A stretch of DNA of 62,900 nt, the filler included, from Pelomyxa schiedti (lineage: Eukaryota; Protista; Evosea): assembly GCA_020536535.1 (NCBI GenBank). It is 5 parts of 5 records of this genome, joined end to end, with 100 filler letters (N's around TTAATTAATTAA, not from the genome) between each part and the next. Parts side by side here need not be neighbours in the genome. Positions count along the whole stretch, not along the records: positions 1 to 29,703 come from JAHLWZ010001009.1; 4 more parts are not named here. The stretch is one strand, 5' to 3'. Below the pieces are notes generated by a model. It was not told the DNA's origin. It made no database searches and was given only the letters and a program-made list of their open reading frames with translations. The first letter of the stretch is position 1; each line of letters opens with the position of its first letter. Below are positions 1 to 11,800 of the stretch, piece by piece. Both the position numbers and the translations under genes were made by a program.

Positions 1-120
1 CAAACAAACAAACAAACAAACAAACAAACAAACAAACAAACAAACAAACAAACAAACAAACAAACAAACAAACAAACAAACAAACAAACAAACAAACAAA
101 CAAACAAACAAACAAACAAA
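1..120. repeat. (CAAA)n microsatellite, probably inside an intron of the following gene
   Basis: Perfect CAAA tetranucleotide run from base 1 to 120. Confidence 0.97.
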
Positions 121-194
121 CTAAATCCAGCAGCCACCCCACCCACCCCAACCAACCTCCTTCTAATTTGGCACAATCCCCCACACAACCACAG

Positions 195-544
195 CCGAAA
201 TCGAAGATATGGTTATCGCCAGCGACTGCGTCTGCGGCACGCACACGATCTGCGTGGACCCCTCCGGGCTGATCCGGCCCTGCACCACGTCGGCCGTGGT
301 CGGCGGCACCATGGACGCCCCGGGCGCCGCGCTGGTCTCGCACCACTTCGCGGAGTTCACCTCCGCGGTCACCGCGCGGCCCAGGCCCAGCAAGTGCGCC
401 ACGTGCAAGCACAGGGACAGGTGCAGCGTCGGGTGCCCGGCCTCGTGGGTGGGGAACAGCCAGGGGGTTATATATGACCACATGATGACTATGGAGTGCG
501 CGGAGGCTGAGAAGGGTGTGGTTATATCCAGGGATGACAGTTGA
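195..544 (+). CDS. Last exon of a radical SAM protein: SPASM (auxiliary Fe-S cluster) domain, 5' part outside the window
   Basis: Translation DCVCG-x-VDPSGLIRPC...KCATCKHRDRCSVGCP matches the SPASM CxxG...GxxxPC...CxxCx5Cx3C pattern. It is preceded by a CTAAT branch-like site and a CAG acceptor at 192-194. Confidence 0.8.
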
Positions 545-755
545 GAGCGGAGTGGGTGGTAGAAGAACGAACAAATGCAAGAAGAAGCCAAAAAAAAAAA
601 AATTGTTTCTTACTTTTCCCCCTTCTGTGTTTTGCATTATGTACCTAGGGTGCATTGCCAAGAGGTGACTGGTACCGGACACATTTTTAAACATACAAAT
701 CTCAGTCATGGAGGTGAGGCCATCAAAGTCCAGTCTGGGTGGTATTAAAACAGGT

Positions 756-2950
756 TCAGTAATGGCTGTGCATCCTACCTTGCAGGTCGTCATTTGAGCT
801 GCTATTCGATGCATGGTGACAGGGCAAATGGAGCTGTACCAGCCGCTTCACTGACAATGGTTTCTTGCTATAGCCATATGTGGCTACTACTTGGGATATG
901 GATGACAACATGCTCATTTTAACCGCGCCGTTTCTGGGGTGCATTGGCATCGTTCCGCATAACTGTGTATGGCGCCGTTGCAAAGCTAGACGTGTCAAGA
1001 CATCAAAAGCTTCTGTGATATTGGTTCTGGTTTTGGCACTGGTCTGCATTGGGTCTGTACATATTGGCTAGGTGAAGAAAGAACCTCAATTAATGGGTAG
1101 TTCCAACTTCTGGCTTGTGCCAGACCCTCTTCTCGCGGGACTTTCCTTTCGGCTTCAAGATCACACTTACAACCAATGAGAACCACGGGGTAGCCTTCTT
1201 TAATTCGGTTAATATGCTGGATGAAAGTCCAGGTACACTCAAATGAGTAGTGATCAGCTATTGAATAACTTGCAAGTTGTTATTTGAATCAAGGTGAAAA
1301 AGATTGTACCAGAGTGCAAATACTTCACCACTACGTATGTACCTGTATGGGGGTCTCTTGCTTTAGGAATATATAGGAGGAAGTCCATACGATTCTAACA
1401 ATGAATAAAATCTTTCTTCAATAAGAATACACAATTACAATCTAGCACAACTTACCCAGTATGTCCAGCTTTTGATTTGGAGGGCTTAGTAAATAAAAAC
1501 CAACCTCAATAGTTACCTGTATCTAGAATTTCAAGCCCCACTGGGATGGTGTCCACGGTGTGTACATGCCGCCAGGACTGTAGAAGTAAGGGTTTTTTCA
1601 GTTGTTACATTACTATTGAGACACACATCCTCAATGGTTGGATCATAATCCGGAATAAAGAGATTCTTTTGGTTTGTTTTTTTTTTTTTTTTTTTTTTTT
1701 GCATGGAGAGTATTACCTTAACAAACTGGAGGACAAGATTAGATTTGCCTGTGCCATCAGAACCCAGACATATTATGCGCACTGGCTCTTCTGCACTTAA
1801 CTGTAATACTGGGATCTGTTGGGATTTGGCTATCTCTTGTAATGCATACTCTCCCATTGCATTGTCAAGGAAGTTCAGATGTTTTGGTCTTCCTCCCTTT
1901 AATATTGCTTCTGATAACGCTAATCCACCACTCTCGCTAAATAAGCAATTTCTAACTAATAGAGTATCTAGAGGTGGAAGGCCAACGGATGCGCGTTCCA
2001 CCATAGCCCGGGCGATGTGCGATATACCAATGTCGCCTATGGGATTGCCATCAAGGTGTAACTCCACTAAGGACTTGTTCATGGCCAACGCTGAAGCTAT
2101 AAGCTTCGCACCGTCAGAGTTGATGTTGCACCTGCATAATTTCAATTTTTCTAATGTGTGGCTGACAGCAATGTGAGGTGCAAGTTCCTCAATTGACGAA
2201 GATGGAATATCGGCCCTGCATATGTCAAGAACTGACAAGTGCTGCAAATGTGGAGCGAGTCCGTGCGCACTCTTTCTGGATAAGCTGCCACTGACATGAA
2301 TTGACATTTCTCCCTTGAAATGACCGCATGCATTCTCCATCCCAACAGCAAATTTGGTGTCAATGTATCCTTGAAATATCACATTGTTGAGCACAGGGAA
2401 GCGACAGTGGCATCTATCAGAACCAATTGTGCAGTGATTGCAGTTCTCACATCTTGGTGTGGAGGGCCCACCATGATCTGAGCAAAGTTGGCAAGTTGAA
2501 TCAGCCGACGGAGCTACGGGTTTCCCAACTTTGGCCAAGAGTGAGAACAGCAATTGAGTTGAATGTTGATTGAACTTTAAGTGCTCGTATGATGATACTG
2601 GCAAATAGAATTTTCGACCGCTGGAGAGCAGGCCCCTAACAAAATCCACAGGCTGAGATCCCTCACAGCACCCAAAATACATTCCCAGGGACTCAGAGCT
2701 ATCATTATCGTTATACTTGTCATTTTTTTCCCGTACTTATCATCGACACGGTAACACGCCAAAAAAAAAAAAAAAAGAGGGTTCATCACAAGAGTCACCT
2801 TGTGCGATCGCGGATAACAAGTTTAGTAGCCCTGCAGTCGACCTGCAGAGCCTCGTGGGCCAACAACGCCGCCATCGCGTGCACGCATTCGGGATCTGTA
2901 TCCACTTCTGGGGCTCTACCCTGCCTCATCAACATGCTCACCGCCTCCAT
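756..2950 (-). CDS. Leucine-rich-repeat (RNase-inhibitor type) protein fused to a C-terminal Ras-family GTPase, multi-exon
   Basis: LRRs such as LEKLKLCRCNINSDGAKLIASAL and LVELHLDGNPIGDIG. Ras motifs GSDGTGKS, YDPTIED, ILDT, GCKCDL and TSAK lie across spliced exons. Confidence 0.8.
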
Positions 2951-2998
2951 GGTTCTATCTTGTTTTACGGTTTCGTTTCCAACGAAAAAGTCTTTGTT

Positions 2999-4438
2999 TT
3001 AAAAATTTTCATTTACAGTACGTTGTGATGTCTGGATCACTGAGGGGTACTCTGGTGTTGTGACATGGTTTCCTAAACCATGCACGGCAAGCTTCTTAGC
3101 GGCCAAAGCCCAGGAAAGAGCGAATTTGTAACCATATCCTGTCGGTGTGTGAGGGTGGGGATTCTGGGTACTGAGGACATACTGGGTAAATTTCTGTTTC
3201 CATATCTCCCAGGTTAACTTGGAGTGATAACTATGCTTGACCCGCAGTTTAAGAAAGTGGTAGTATGGAAAGAGGAATAATGGTGACCTGCGGGCATTTC
3301 GCGAGTTTAGTGGGGGTTTGCCAAGTGATGATAAACCTTAGTGCCACTGTGCCAAACTGGCACAATTCATAGGTAGCCACGACTTGGAGAAGCGGTCCAG
3401 AGCTCGAAATGATTTGGTAGAGCAAACTTCCGGAGATTGGTATTGGTAAGAATGAGAGTAATACCGTTCTGTTCGCGATTGTGACTGCCTGTTCTGAATA
3501 ATTCCGTGAATCAGATTGGCCATGTGAAGTACAGAGTACACAGTAAGAGGGAAAATAGCCACTTTTCAAATCTCGTTAGTGCAGATTTTATTGGGAAAAA
3601 GCCTACTTTTACTGATTGGTGCAGCTTGGAATAGTAGTGAGTACATCAGATAATGAGTATTGTCACTCCTTGCAAGGTCCGGAAGGATTCCCAGGAAATA
3701 GGCCTTGGAGAACAGAATGGGCTTTGTTTTGTGGCTAGTCAGTCAAAATCCCGAAAGCAACATAGCCAGATAGCACGCACATCGCAATCAACTAACCTTT
3801 GGAAGACTTGAACAAAGAGACAAAAAGTAAGAGCAAGCAGCCGCCAGCAGGACCATCCTGAACCACAATCTTCGGCTGCTCACAACACACACTACTGAGA
3901 ACACCAGAACGAGTGCGTGACATGCCATCCACCACACTTCCATCCCAAAAAGCTTCGATATTGCTGATGTGCCGCGTGCCTGAGGCCGAGACCGAGGCTG
4001 TGACCTCGGGACCTCGTCCCACGTTTCAGGCCGTGATGACGATGAGGATGCCGATGAATGTGGTACTGAATTTTGGGGAGATGGCTCTTCTTTGTATGAT
4101 GGGTTCTGTGTTGTGTTGTATTTTGCGTGTGGTTAGATAATGTTATAATTGCTACAACAACAAAGAAGCAGGTCGTACCACGGTCTCTTTGTAAAACCTA
4201 ATTTATGGGAAGAAAATACTTGCGTAAGAAATGCAGTGCAAGGGTGCAAGGTGGGGAAAAACAAAACAAAACAAAACAAAACGAAACAAAACGAAACGAA
4301 ACAAAACAAAACAAAACAAAAAAAACCGCACCGGGTCCTGAGACGGTCCATTGTGGCCGATGATGAGGAGGGTGAGACTTCAAATCGGTTCAGAAACGTG
4401 TGCCACCGGGGGTCTCTGTCAAAGTCATAGCCATCCAT
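2999..4438 (-). CDS. TMEM33/Pom33 (UPF0121)-like ER membrane protein, multi-exon
   Basis: N-terminal YDFDRDPRW...R-FYK resembles plant/protist TMEM33 homologues; hydrophobic middle exons; C-terminal ITWQ...LRVKHSYHSKLTW. Confidence 0.6.
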
Positions 4439-5045
4439 TGTTTGATCGAATAAAGTGACCTTTCCACTAATGGCCAGTCACTCTGTGTCAGCTCTTCCAC
4501 TTGCTGGTGTTACTGGTTTAAGGTAGGTAGGCCATGGATAACCCGGAGGGTCTCCAGAATGAAAAAAACCTGCATGACTGGGAGGTCCGGCCACCCCTCA
4601 GATAGCAGTGAAATCTCCGAGGAAAACTGCATGTTGTAATTGCATTAGTCCGCACCATTAACGAATGCTGGAAATCGCCTTCTCATCAGTCTTCTGCCAC
4701 CCGGGTTAAAGGAACCGGGGTTTGATCAATTTGAAGAAACAAAACAACACAACAATCTGGGGCGCCACAACCGCTGTGGCCCCTTCCCATCGACCCGTCG
4801 AGCCGTCGTCGTTTCCTTCCGTTTCGTGATAGCCACCCATAATACTACTGTTGCCGAAGGACTCGGAGCGGAAGTTTGTCATTGGCTACCTGTGGTGTCT
4901 GCGCCTATTGCGTGTTGTCTTTTGTCTGTCAACGGGACCCGAAGAGATCGAAGTGTCGGTTGAATCGGCGTTGGGGTTTTTGAATCGCCAATCGTTTTGA
5001 TTGAGGCACCGATTTTGAACACTTATTCTTGGTGATTTTGGGACT

Positions 5046-5629
5046 ATGGGTTGTGGTGCAACTACTGCTACTCATGTGAGCAACAGTTTGTACAATTTGC
5101 AGAGGCAAAACATTGCCCAAGTATGTACTTTGCTATCGCTTTTGTGAAGTAATAATCGAATTCATGAATGTAGAGAGGAGCAGGCTCTGAGCTGGAGAGG
5201 GCTATCGAGGCACATGCCCAGCTGCTTCAGCAGTTGGAAACTCATGTGCGACTTGCCAAGGAAGGCTCTGTCCCTCTAAGTAAGGACTCTATTCGAGTTT
5301 ACCTCTATCTAATTTTGTACTATCACCAACCAGCCTGGGATGATTTTCGCCTTAAATCCAGTGATGATGCTGCCTGCCCTATGGGTCACTGGTTGGGACA
5401 CTCTAGAGGATACTGGTCAACGTGGGACAAGATGGAAGAGCTCCACAACAAGTTTCATACTGGCATTGTAAAGGTTTTCCAACTTTTTTATTGGCCTTCA
5501 AATTAACAAAAGGCTAAGGTAATGGATGTCGCGCAATCGAGTCCCAACCGCGGCAGAGACCTTTTACAAATGGGAGACTTGATGGATACAAGCCAAGAGT
5601 TATTGGTTCTTCTTAAGAAGTGCCGATGA
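5046..5629 (+). CDS. Stand-alone CZB (chemoreceptor zinc-binding)-like domain protein with N-terminal MGC acylation motif; 4 exons, about 143 aa
   Basis: Removing introns 5121-5173, 5280-5333 and 5468-5512 gives MGCGA...AIEAHAQ...DDAACPMGHWL...LHNKFH...GDLMDTSQELL, i.e. the His / CxxGxW / HxxxH ligand pattern. Confidence 0.72.
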
Positions 5630-5946
5630 GTTACCCACAATTTTCGAGAGGTTGCAGAGATTGTAGGGTGTGCATGAAAGCTTTTTTTTTTTGTTACCAA
5701 CATTTTCACAGTAATATCGGGAAAAGCTCTGTACTTGTATGTGGGGTGTTGTGGGACAAAGTGCGAATCCAAGTATCTTTGGGTCACCAGTTTTTTTTAA
5801 AGAATCAAAAAATTTTCTTCTGATTACATCCATTGCCTACCCGCCAACTAAGGGTGCTCAACTCAACAAGGAAAACGAACAAGGGAGGAATGTATCGTAA
5901 AACCAAACTTTTTTTTTTACTTTGGTTGACTGCTGTGGGAGAAGTT

Positions 5947-7160
5947 TTATGTAGCTATGGTTTGTAATAAACAGTGGAATGCTTCCTGAACATTCATTCC
6001 TGTTGCGGCACTTGAAGGGAAATACTTTCTGTGATGTCATTGAATGGCGGGAGCGTTTGGACAATGTATTGATTGGGACACACGTTATACCCTGTGATTC
6101 AATCCAGTCCTCTATCTGATTTTCTGGTACGGGATGAGCAGCAATGTCTTCCTGCCTGGAATCAGAATGACACATGTGCAAAACAAAAAACTAGCCTTGT
6201 TACCCACGAGAACGATGGGCACCCTCAAGTCCAGACCGTTAGCCTTTGCTTCACTCAGCCACAGAATCAGTGAATCAAATGATGACTGACTTCCAAGGTC
6301 GAAAACGAGAAGGATCTTAATGTGGTATCATTGATGTGAGCTGTGAAATTGTATCACGCCACTAAAGTACAGATGGGATAGGTGAGGTTACAGCTTGGGC
6401 ATCAGGATAGAATTCATTCCTCACATCAAAGTATTTTGACTGCCCTGAGAGGTCAAAGAAATTTACAGTCATGGTTCGTTCAACTCCATGCGGAGTATTC
6501 CCACAAAGATCGACCGATTTCACACCAAAGTCAATCCCTATAGTCGGCACATAATCCTCAACAAACTAAGAGGTAAATTGGATGGAATTTGAGACCCCGC
6601 CACGTTCATAGAATTGGGAGTACAGAGATAGAGATAGATATAGATATAAGAAATGGCAGCAAGGCAATCACCACGTCGTCACAGAACCTTCTCAGTAAGC
6701 AGGTCTTGCCAGTGCCAGGGTCGCCCAACGTGAGCACGTCGACCCCACCTCCACCCCCATCCCAATCTCCATCTCCATCTCCATCTCCTCGTGCTGATGA
6801 TGACCTAACATTCGCAGCGTCGCTGGGACACCCGTGGGGCAGCAATCGCCCCGCGGCCGCGACGACGTCGTCCCAGCGAGGGCGCTGCGGGGGAACCAGG
6901 TTGGGTGTCGCGGGTGCGGATTCTGTTGCAGTTGCTTTGCGTCCGGGCGCGGTTTGTGGTGTACGAGTCGTCGTCGGTTTTGTTGTGGTTACGGGTGCGA
7001 CGGCAGGTGGTGATTTCCGGTGGGTGGTAGATGTGGTGATTTTGTGGGTGTTGCTGGAGAAGGTGGCAGAATGTGACAGAGGGAGATCGACGCGGGCGGG
7101 CCTAAGTGCGCGCGTTCGTGTTTGTGATTGTGGGATTTGTCCCTCCGTTGTGCGGCTCAT
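5947..7160 (-). CDS. RJL-family (RabJ-like) small GTPase with low-complexity N-terminal extension
   Basis: GDPGTGKT, PTIGIDFGVK, the RJL-type FFDLSGQSKYFDVRNEFY segment, VGNK and SAATG; no C-terminal prenylation cysteines. Confidence 0.8.
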
Positions 7161-7367
7161 GCGTCGCTTGTCCGTTTTCAGGGGAAAAGGATGGTTTCCT
7201 CGAAGCTGGGTCCTTCCTGGGGACTTTGGGCGAGATTCTTTACACGGTTCATTGACTGCAGCATAGACAACTCAGAGAGGGGTCTCTCAGTAAAACTGAA
7301 GGGGAGTGGAGTCCGCAAGGGCTTTGTAGATTTCCGCATTTCTAATCAAATAGTGACTCGTCACGCA

Positions 7368-8707
7368 ATGTCGACGGAGGAAGCAGAAGGTGGCAACGAG
7401 CAGAGTATTTTCGAAGTAGGGCACCAGTGTGATTTTTGGTGATTGGTTACCGGTTACTGAAATCCCCTTTTTTTTTTTTTTTTTTTTTTTTTAACAGACA
7501 CCGACTGAAACCGAGGCGGCTGCTGCAACAACCGACTTGCCTTTTCAACGTGAGTCCTACAGTAGTATCATAGAATGCTTTTTTTTTTTATGTGAACCTT
7601 AGCTGCTCAATTTACCTCAACTGAACTGCATTTGGAAGACGTTAAAATTGTTAGTGATGGTTTCAATGGAGGTTTTAATGGTACCACTTTACTTAAAGTT
7701 CAATTGATTCAAAGCTGAAGCTAACACTTTTCTAGCTCCCCCTGCTCCAAAGATGGTCGAAGAAGAGCCACAAGGTTGGCATCGCTTCTACAAGATTTCG
7801 TTTTATCAGCCATACTTTAACATGAACACACAAGATGTACCCACAATCTGTTTTCTAAGCTTTCTCAACACCAACAGATTCTTTTCCGATGTTACTCTGG
7901 CCTTCAACCCTTCGGAAAGAATTTCTTTGATAGAATATCTCCTTATCCTGACTTGTGTGCTCTTTCCTTTTTTTGAACAGATCAAGTTAACCTTTATGTT
8001 CAGTTATGGACCGTTTTGGGTGGCTACAACTCTTATTGTATCACTGGTTGCATGTAGCAGTATCTCTAGTCGTGCTGAGCACTGGCACCTGGGATGCCCA
8101 ACGGAGTGGGCGTTTGACTTTGCTAAAGTACATCAACACTGTAATAAATACTACAGCATTCAATGAGACTGAAAGGCCTAAATACATTCTCCTAGGTGAG
8201 CGTTGCATCTTGGTTTATTTATCCCTACTTGTCTCTATGTAGCTTAGGCCTATATATTTCCCAACGCTACTATAATGTTGGCCTATCATTGCCTGAGCTG
8301 ATGTGTCTTTACGGTTATTCACTCACTGGATATATACCAGCCGCAGTATGTTTAACTAGTACCACGTATTCAATTCACCACAATGCTAGCTTGCAAGTAT
8401 TTTACCATTCTCTTGGTTGCAGTGGATGGTCTTTATCCTTGGAGCGTGTGTGGCTACAGTTTCCCTTGTTTGGAGTTTGTTCCCGTCTATCAGGTTTCGC
8501 CCGTTCTCCTTTGTCAAGCCTTTTACCAACATTACCAAGTAAACTTGAGTGGAAGAAAGCTCTGCTCCTTTTACTCATTCCCGGCGCACTACAGTTCCTG
8601 ATTGGTTTGTTTTTCAAGGTGAATCCTTTCCTATTCTCGTGAGTGGTTCTCATCCTTTTTTTCAGGCGTATTTCTTTGGAAAAACAACATGCCCACAACT
8701 CAGTTAG
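7368..8707 (+). CDS. Yip1-domain protein (YIPF1/2-like), multi-exon
   Basis: FYQPYFN, PDL-YGPFWVATT and CLYGYSL motifs; several TM segments. Confidence 0.85.
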
Positions 8708-8864
8708 TGCCCCAAAATTTTGTGAAAAAAAACTACTCTCCACCCAAGTTGGAACGGTGGAGGAAAAGTCTTTGGACTGCTTTTGTTGTCATTTTTATTT
8801 GGCAGTGCCGGCAACAAGCCAACCCAGCAGGAATGACACTGAAAAAGTGCACTTGGACACTGAG

Positions 8865-11800
8865 ATGACTTTTCGACTTGTGCGATCGGAAGAGGAAAAC
8901 GAAAGGTAAACAAAATTTTGTTTCGTTTCGTTTCGAAACTGAAGGGGGAAAAAAATTACATTGATGAAGTGGTTCAATGTTGCGGTGCTTGACGACCAGA
9001 AAGTCATTTCGGTGCCACAAGAGCCATTGCTCTTGATGACTGCCGTAGATGACGAGATCTTGATCCTCGCTACAAAGACTCCTGGTGTGTCCCTGTTGAG
9101 TTGGGGGGAAACAAAAAAAAAAACCTCACAAACAGGGTCACTGTGCCCCTGTTGTCAAACAAACAATCTCTTGTTTTTGGCTTCACTAATGCTTTTTTTT
9201 TTTTTGTTTTTTTTTTTCCCTCCTTGCCTTCTTCAACACTCAAAAAAGATAAAAAGAAGACAGTGATCAATGGGTTTTTGGTAACAGGTGGAGAACCAAC
9301 TCTTAAAGTTGCATTTGAGTTGGTGGACAGGTCACTCCGTGCTGTGGTACACCTGCCTCAGCCTGACTGGTATAATGTGCCATGTTTTCTACTTTCGGAG
9401 TTGATCACTGTGCCAGTATAATTACTATAGAGAAGGCCAACCCAGAGTCCGAGATAAATGTGGTTAGGCTTTACTTCAACTGGAGAGCTGCTCACCATGC
9501 AGTCAACTCCTGTACTTCACCTTCTAATGCTATTGTGATGCTTGCATATCCTCTTACAGTCTGATTTTATGCAGCTCCCCGTGTAGTAGAGCTTCCCCTT
9601 CACAGTTCAGCAACTACTATTGCAGTTTGCACCTCCAGTTGTCGTTTAGCCGTTGGTAATTCCTGACTCAACCTTTCAATGTGGTCCCCTCATTGTATCC
9701 TTTAAAGCAACGGAGGAAGACATTAGTATCTGGGCAGCTCCTAATGATAACTCTGAATCCGTCAATGCTTTACCTCTAGAAAGGATTGTTCAAGTTACAC
9801 ATGAAAAGAAATTTTTTGTGCTCTTACTCTCCTTACAAAAACCAGATAGATTGCCCGCTAGTCACAAGTCTAGCATTATTTGAATCATATCTAGGTTCTT
9901 TTTCCTTTTTTCCATTGTATAGTTTAATTTGCTTCTCAGGTTTTAGTTTTGGTGAAGAAATCGTTATTGTTTCCCTCCAGATAATACAAAACACAAGCCC
10001 GCAAGGTATAATTTTTATTACTTATTTATGTCATGAAACAGTCCAAGGAGCCCCACCCTCTTGTACGGACCATCTTGACACAATCTTGAGCCCAACCCGG
10101 GTCAAGCCTGTTACTGTTTGTTTCCTTCTTCATTTTTTCCCCCACTTAGACCTTGGAAGCAAGAGGATGTGTTCACTCCACAAGAGGACGAATATATTGC
10201 CGAACTAAAGTTTGATTCGCATGGAAAGTACGATCCCCAGTCACATGTTTCAACGTATGGCATTGTCATTGATTCCTTTGAGTCACTTCACCAAGATTAT
10301 CAGTCTGGAAAACTCCTAACAATCAATTTGAAATCCTTGGACCAAAACCAAATATTGGTTATATTTTGCATTTCGATTCTTCACAGTAACTGCAAATTGC
10401 ATGTACTTTCATTACTAAGCTTCGTGTAGCCACACCCTGAATTCCATTCAGACTATGTTGCATTCACGCTATGAGTCCCCTATTCATACAATCCAATTTT
10501 TGCCTGAGTACTCAGAGATTCAGGTTTTTTCTCCTTTCTTTAGTGATGGCCTTAGACTCTCATGGTAGGACACAGGAAAAGCAACAAAACATACTGCAGC
10601 GGACTCTATCACACCACTTGTACACATAAGTAGTATGCGCTGTGTGGTGTGTACTGGATACACAGCTCGTCTTTATGATGTACAACATCCCACTGTTATG
10701 TGTAGCTACGAGTTCCCGGAGGAAACGATTCATTGTTACACCGACCAATCCTTTATGTATTCAATAACTGAAGAAAGTACGAAATGCAGTTCTGCTACCC
10801 CTCATATTAATTGACGTCAGAGCTTCAGTTCTGTACTTTACGAACATCAACTGGAAAGGCCGTTTACGGTGCACATCCACCATGCATGATCTCTATGAAA
10901 CCATTTCCTCGTGCCAAAAAAATTATTGTTATCAGTGACCATCTCATCCTGTTGACTTACTCGTATGGCTTTACTTGTAAAAGATCGCAAATAATGTAAT
11001 CCACAAACAATCTTAATTGTAAAAAGGAGCACCGAACCGGAAACGCCACAAAAGAGAACATTTGGTCGCCAAAAATCAGCCCCATTAGCACCTGTATGCC
11101 ATTTATATTTTATTAGTAAGTCAAACAGTTTTTAAACTTCTACCAGCCACAGGTCAACTGGGGAATCTACTTATTGAGTGCTAAAAATACTGCCAGTCTG
11201 TACGAGGATATTATTCAGCTGGCCAATCGACATAAGTGTGGGGCTCTCTCTCTGGTTCAACAGCCTCAACCTCAGCAACTGCCATCACAGCACACACACG
11301 CAACAGCAACAACTACAACACATTCCGATGAAGCTTCTGTTGGGGCGGAGTATTTCTGGCTCATTCTGGAGGGTCACTTTCTTCTTCAAACAAAACTCAT
11401 GCGATTACATACTCAGCTGCACAAAGGTGCTTGTTGTTCCAGTAGCCTCTTCTTTTAATCTCCATAGTTTTGGTTTCAAGGAAAATAGATCTTGCAGCCA
11501 AACTTGCACTGCAGCACGAAATAAAAATTTACCAAGGACAGCTTCGTAAGTCCTCTGGCATCCTCGGCGATGTATGCACACTTTCTTTCACTTTTAATTT
11601 GCCTAAAAACTCTCAGTATTATTTCGATGTTGCCAAAAACTATTTTCAAGCAGCGCAGTGTTACAGTACAAGTGAACGGAAATTAGCAGACATTGTGTGC
11701 AAATTCTGCCAGACCCCAGAAGCAGGCTCCACCCTTACAGCTCGCAACTTTCATAGAGGAGATGTACAAGCAGCTTTGGTCCAGTATTTGGACTCCATAT

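Noticed and set aside
5513-5670. Stop-codon readthrough or alternative genetic code suggested by interrupted ORFs
   Set aside because: Interruptions are explained by short introns, and conserved genes end normally in TAA, TAG or TGA
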